DNA from: Raillietiella orientalis
Taxonomy: Eukaryota
Direction of reading: 5' to 3'
NCBI GenBank assembly: GCA_036172245.1
Contig: JAYWIR010000038.1
Location: forward strand, 1,240,001-1,304,000
Length of the DNA: 64,000 nucleotides
Of this stretch, positions 58,801 to 64,000 are shown one piece after another (positions within the stretch are counted from its first letter, which is position 1; every line of letters begins with the position of its first letter). Below the pieces are notes generated by a model. The model worked only from the letters and a program-made list of their open reading frames with translations, was not told the DNA's origin and did no database searches. A program made the position numbers and the translations under genes.

Positions 58801-61299
58801 ACCAGTTTTTCGGATGCGGCGGAGGAGGAGGAAGGGAGGAGGAGGATGTCCGGAAAGCGCCTCATGGCTTCTCCACCAAGGAAGGGGGAACGGGTCACCA
58901 CCGACTTTCGCTCACTGTTGCTCCCTCCTGGACGGACCCGGGCCACTCCTAGCGTCTCAGACTGGAAAGCCACCGTTCCCTTGAGCTCCATCCTCCTTGT
59001 CTTCACAGCCAGTCGCTACAGACCCTCAGCGGAATGACCCCACTTTCCCACACCCATACTCTCCTGGTCGCTGGCTGTTACCACGATGGACGTGAAGGAA
59101 GGTGCCGAGAGGCAACGGGCAGGGATCTCTGGAGAAGAGCGCTCCCGGAAAGATGGCGCCGTTGTTCCGACGCGGCCGTCGGCAGCGCCCTCGTGACGGG
59201 CGCCGCTGAAAGACTGAGGGAGGAGTTTTCTGCTGCGGTAGCAGCGTTCTCGGGAGGCAGAGCGTCCTCCCCCGCGTGTTGCAGAGGAGATCTAGCGAAT
59301 CTCCCGAGCTGTCTCTTCTCTTGGAACGAAGAACTGTTGACCTCTGTCCCTGGGACTCACCAGAAACCAAGGCAGCTTTCGCGTCATGAGACGGGTTTCC
59401 AGGAAAGCTGGGCCTCCCCTGGCCACGCTGGCGAGGTCAGGGGCGCGGGCAGCACATCTCAGTGGTGGGTGGGGCCGGAAAGCGTCGTCGTCGGAAAGCT
59501 CCGGTTCTGGGAACACCTGTAGCGAGCCGAGAGCTCCTGCGCGCCGTCACCTGGCAACGGCGGACCCTCGCACCTGGTAAAGGTGTCAGAGATACCGAAA
59601 AGCCCTTTTCTTGCATGGAGTGTTAGCAGGATGACGGGAACACAGGAGCACAGGAGGCGGTGTGCTCGCCCTCTCCCGAGGATCGCAGCGGTCAAGTGAG
59701 ACGCAGGAGGGAGTGATCACTGGGCGGGTGAACCGCGCGGCAGCACGAGGTTCAGCAGTTCTCTTCCAGGGGAGGCTGGGCCCACAAGCCGCGCACGCAC
59801 TCCTGAATCGCCCCTGTTACTACGGGATGAGGGGCCCACAAGAGCCTCGTCTCCGACCGGGGTCCCTGAAGGCCTTCCCGAGAAGCAGGTGGGACTCGCG
59901 GGCCGCTGGAACGTGCGGTCAGCGAGGTCCAGGGGGGGGGGGAAGAGGAAAGATGGGATCCTCCGAAGGCAAGAAGAGGGTGCGGTCCTTGAAGTGCGGC
60001 GGGTTGACACGCCGCGGCCCCTGGCCGGCCTCGGGTCCCAAGGGGGAGTCGGCGGGAACTTGCTCCGTGGTGCCGCCGCAGAGGAGGGGACCTCGTGTCC
60101 GTGGAAACGGCTTCCCTCCGGGCTTCCGCGGAGCCGGAGAAAGAACGCGGAGATGCCGCAGACGGCGCCTACCCTCCCTCGCCCCGCAGAGACCCCAACT
60201 TTTCGGACAGCTCTGCGCGCACCCCTTCAAGAGGGGACGATAACAGGGGTTTTTACCCGAATGTCCTTCCCCGTTTCCCCAATCTCCCGTGAGCTTCCGG
60301 GAAATCGCGAGGGTCCTGAAGGGATTCGGAGGGGGCTTCCGGCTTCTGCCGGCCACGCCGTGCGCCTGCGCGGAGGAGACCCCTTCCCTGCGGTCTCCTG
60401 CCCGGCGGGGCTCCGATCTTCCCTCTCCCCCTCTCTTCCTGGCAGATGCTCGGAGGCGCCTCTGGATTTCCCTCCGCGCCCAGCGCGAAGCGGAGCGGCA
60501 CCGTTCAGCGGGGGCGTGGCGGCTCGCGCCATCCATCGCCATTGCTTCCCTCTCCTCCCTGCCCCCGCGGTCCCGTCCCAGTGCCCTCGTGGCTGCGAGC
60601 GTGGGCGAACGAGGGCGCGTCGTGGAGGGGCGCCTCACACGCGCGGCATTTTCGCCGGCGTCTACCACGGAGCACCCGGAAGGATGGAATTCCGTCGACC
60701 AGACAACCCGCTCGGGCAGGGATCGATGCTCCGCGGAAGTGAGGGGGAGGAGGAGGGGGGGGACTGCTGCTGGAAGGCCTCCTTTTACGACAGCGATTCT
60801 TCGACTGCAAGGAAATAAAACAATGGCCAATTATTTTATTTTATTTTTTTTCTCCATGGATTCTGGAGCTCGATGGAAGAGATGAGCAGCTTCCCTGGTG
60901 GCTGCGCAGCGGCGGCGGCGGGGAATGAAAATGAAGTTGTTTTGCTTCGTTTCTTCGCTTTTTTTCCTCTTTTTCAATTGGGCGCGTCGTCTGTCAATAG
61001 CCGGGTGCTTAACTACCCCCCCGCGCCGTCCCACTAACGCGCGTTGCGAACTTCAAGGGCAGCCGCTTCCTGCGGCGGGAGGAGACCGGGCATCAATCAG
61101 GAGGGAGGCAGGGGAGGTGAAGTCCCTCGCGATTTCCATGGGAAACTTCCATTCGCCGGAGGAGGAAGGAAGGAACGAGGAAAAAAAGCAATAAGGGGAG
61201 AGGAAGGAAGGAGGAGGAGAGTTTAAGATGACAGAGACCTCAGCTTACATACCGGCTGACCGACTCCACTCCAAGTAGGAGCGTTATAGAGGTTCCTGC

Positions 61300-62300
61300 T
61301 GGGTCAGAAAGGAGAGGAGCGGGAGCACTCGTCTTTGAGGCGGGAAAACGGATGTCCCGGTGTGTTTCCTTTGTCCCTGCGCTGCGTCAGGATCCGACCT
61401 CGAACGGAAGGAGGATCGTGCGTTCGTCTCCGTGAGCTTTCTCACCACCCTCCGGATGAGCCGTGGCACCAAAGGGCGAGGCTCCCGGTATTCCACGACC
61501 TCCAGCGGGAAGCATGCCGGTCGGATGGGCCCCTCGAGAGCGCCGCACCGGCACCGGAGATGCAGGCAAGTTGCCAACATCAATTTTTCCCAAGTCGGAC
61601 AAGCAGCAGGACGAATTTCGTAAACAACGTTGCTACAACAACAGCGGAACAAACGAACAACGCTTTGGAAGTGTGAACGCTCCGCCATTTCCGTGACTCC
61701 CTCCAGGGACCCCATCTTGAGGGCTGCCCTGCACTTGGACTTCTGCTGGACTTCCCGTGCGCCTGGTCATTTTTATCTTCCGCCTTTTTCGAAAGGTGAC
61801 GATTTTTCTAGGCTGAGGATTCCCTCGCACCTCCTTATCCCTGTTGTCTCTTTCCCTGGCAACCCTTTTGCGGTATCTATAGCTGCTGCCGCATTCTTTC
61901 TTTGCGCTCTTCCAATCAGAAGGTTCGTGAAGGAGAGGGCGATTGTTGTTCTGACCGAAGGATTGTCCAGGAGGACGACGATCCACTATGGATTCTCTGC
62001 TTTGTCATGTTCTGCAGACCCCTTCAGCACTTCCTAGTCACTGCAGGGCGATGGGTAGGCGAGCACAGAAAGCTGAGTCTCCTTGCTTCCATGTGCCCTG
62101 AAGGGCTCGCCCGCGGTGTGTCCAATGTCTGACCCTTGATCTGGTTGGGACTCCATAGTGGAGCATGAGGAAGGAGTCCTGGGTGTCCTGTGCTCCGCCA
62201 CGCTGCTGCCCCAGCCATTTGCAGGTTGGTTGTGTAGATCCCAGAGCCCCTTCTTCTTCCGCTTGAATGTTCTTACAGCTGGGAGGACTGACTCCAGGAC
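61300..62300 (-). mobile_element. Probable decayed DIRS-type (tyrosine-recombinase retrotransposon) RT/RNase H relic
   Basis: In order: KRKKKGLWDLHN (PKK.G..R.I.NL), QDSFL (KDAF), FLCSPTHRPAVTRK (FGL..AP..FTK), IVVLLDN (YLDD), GNPQPRKIVTF (G..IN..KS), ERSHFQSVV...VVYEIR (R...S..G.L...V...R), and NARSS...DA. The spacing is LTR/DIRS-like rather than LINE-like. Confidence 0.4.
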
Positions 62301-62959
62301 CCTAAGGAATGAGGCAAAGCGGGAGGGATGAAGGCAGTCTCTGTCTCTGGCGCTTCGGAAGTCGGCATCTCTTCCCTACAACCAACAGTTGATGGCGCAA
62401 ACAGTTGGTGGCCATCATAAAAAGAGGAGACCAAGGTCTTCTCTTCTCCCTCTCGCAGATAGCTCTTCCCTCCCAGATGCATCTCATCATTCCCATCGTC
62501 TCGATCCTGGAGTTGCTCTCGGACCATCATCAGGGTCCCGTGCGCATGAAACTTTAAGACCCCAAGGAAGGAGGAGTGTCAGCAAGCATCCTGGCTCTCA
62601 AGACAACTCGGAGTTTGCACCTTGGTCCATCTGGGATTCCGTGCCGCCTCTTCCCCTCCTTGAGAAATTTCACAACCGACCCGCTCCTTTGCTCTCTCCG
62701 TCTCGGTTTCCCTCGTCTGTTTCGCTGACCACGCAGCCGCAAGCAGCATCTGCTTACCCATATCAAGCAGAGGGCTTGCAGGATGTTCTCCTGACCTTGA
62801 GGTGGATCGCGAAGCGAGCTGCGGGAGGCCCAAGGAAGGCCAACTCTTTCCAGCTCCTTCTACGGCACGGGTCTGTTCTTTCGCTTGGAGCTGCCACTCC
62901 CGTGTTCGAACCGCAGAGACTTGAAATGGAGACGCCCCAAGGCCTTGCCAGCCACAATC

Positions 62960-63760
62960 CGTGTGCCTGCGGTCTCCTCCGCGCACGACACCGAAAGAAA
63001 GTCGCGGGTTCGAACCCCGCCCGGAGAAAAGGATCAGCGCCGATAAATGGGGGGTGCGCCGTGGATTTCGAGTTCTTCCCACATGATGACGCAGGTTGGT
63101 CTCGGGTGGCTCCGGAAGCGGTGCTGGTAGAGGCTGGATGTCCCACTGACTGGCCGGTATTGGCAGCTGACCCTCCAGGGTCATTCCAGGAATCAAGGAG
63201 CCCTTGGAGGTTCCCCTCCGACTTTGAAAAGGGAGCCGCCCCCTCTTCAAGATGGATGACCCTCCATCGTTGGTACCATGGAGCTGGTTAATATCTCCCA
63301 GCGGGGGGCTGTCCCTACAGAGTGCAAGAAACGCGCTGCTTCCTTCGGGGTTCTCTTCAGAGAAAGAGGAAACAGGGACCCTTAGGGACCGGTTTCCTTG
63401 CAGGTGTCCTCTGGAGAAGAAGCTCCAGGAGCGGATCCTTTCCGGGTTCCCTTCGGAGAAGAGACGAGGAATAGCTAGCTCAGGGGATTCTCCGGAGAAA
63501 ATAAGGAAGAGGTTCCCTTGAGAGACGGCCAGGGAGAAGGCTCCCTTAAGGGTTCCCTCCCCAAGAGTAAGAGGAACAGACTCCTCCCTCTAGAGCCTTC
63601 CCGGATTTCCTCCTTTCCCGGACTCTGGAGTCTCCCTCTGTAAATTGGAGAGTCACACCCACCCTTTGGTATCGTGAACGATGTTAAAAGAGCATTGTGA
63701 GACTCCCTTGAGGAGGTGAGCGGTTCTTCAGCATTTTGTGGGCCGAAAAAAATAGAGCTG
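62960..63760 (+). mobile_element. SINE-like family, copy D (longest internal array)
   Basis: CACCGAAAGAAAGTCGCG followed by GGTTCGAACCC (63007-63017), the shared body, about 6 degenerate GGGTTCCCTTCGGAGAAG-like subunits at ~63345-63580, TAAATTGGAGAGTCACACCCACCCT (63641-63665) and an A-run. Confidence 0.7.
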
Positions 63761-64000
63761 GAAGGAAAAGCAGGGAAAACAGAACTGCGAAGGATGTCTA
63801 TCCTCCCTTCCTTGCTTCTTTCCCTGTGCCTACGACCTGGGATGTGAACCGAACACGACGACATCGAACCACGAGTTCTCTGCTTCCCAAGGGAGGAGGA
63901 AGAGGACGAAGGAAGAGCAGCAAAGGGGGAGCAAGGAAGAAGGAGAGAGCAGGAGGAGAAGAGTGGGTTTTCTCGGAGACGAGGTAAGCTTCCGCCCTCG

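Noticed and set aside
17200..64000. Second achaete-scute paralogue or asense
   Set aside because: No further bHLH motif appears in any ORF of the track.

Overview
This is eukaryotic genomic DNA, most likely from a non-insect arthropod (inferred from the short-loop bHLH and C-terminal motif of the ASH protein). Only two protein-coding genes are well supported: a compact peptide:N-glycanase (NGLY1/PNG1, minus strand, about 2.4-3.5 kb) and an intronless proneural achaete-scute homologue (ASH, plus strand, 16356-17153). The first ~5 kb is AT-rich (35-40% GC in sampled lines) and the NGLY1 exon is CpG-depleted. From about 5.2-6 kb onward the window is a GC- and CpG-rich gene desert (about 65% GC in sampled lines). 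That desert consists largely of heavily decayed LINE fragments (endonuclease, RT and RNase H relics, mostly on the minus strand). It also holds one probable DIRS-type RT relic, four diverged copies of a ~0.7-0.8 kb tRNA-box-bearing interspersed repeat, purine/pyrimidine tracts, a 27-bp minisatellite, a young 130-bp inverted duplication and a few AT-rich motif-dense islands that look like enhancers. Nearly all long ORFs in the track are by-products of high GC. I did not find a convincing new multi-gene system. The best leads are the compositional domain boundary that cuts through one LINE fossil, the core-only PNGase, the repeat family, and the Notch/proneural cis-regulatory signatures around ASH. 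Fossil boundaries are approximate and were recognised by eye from degenerate motifs.
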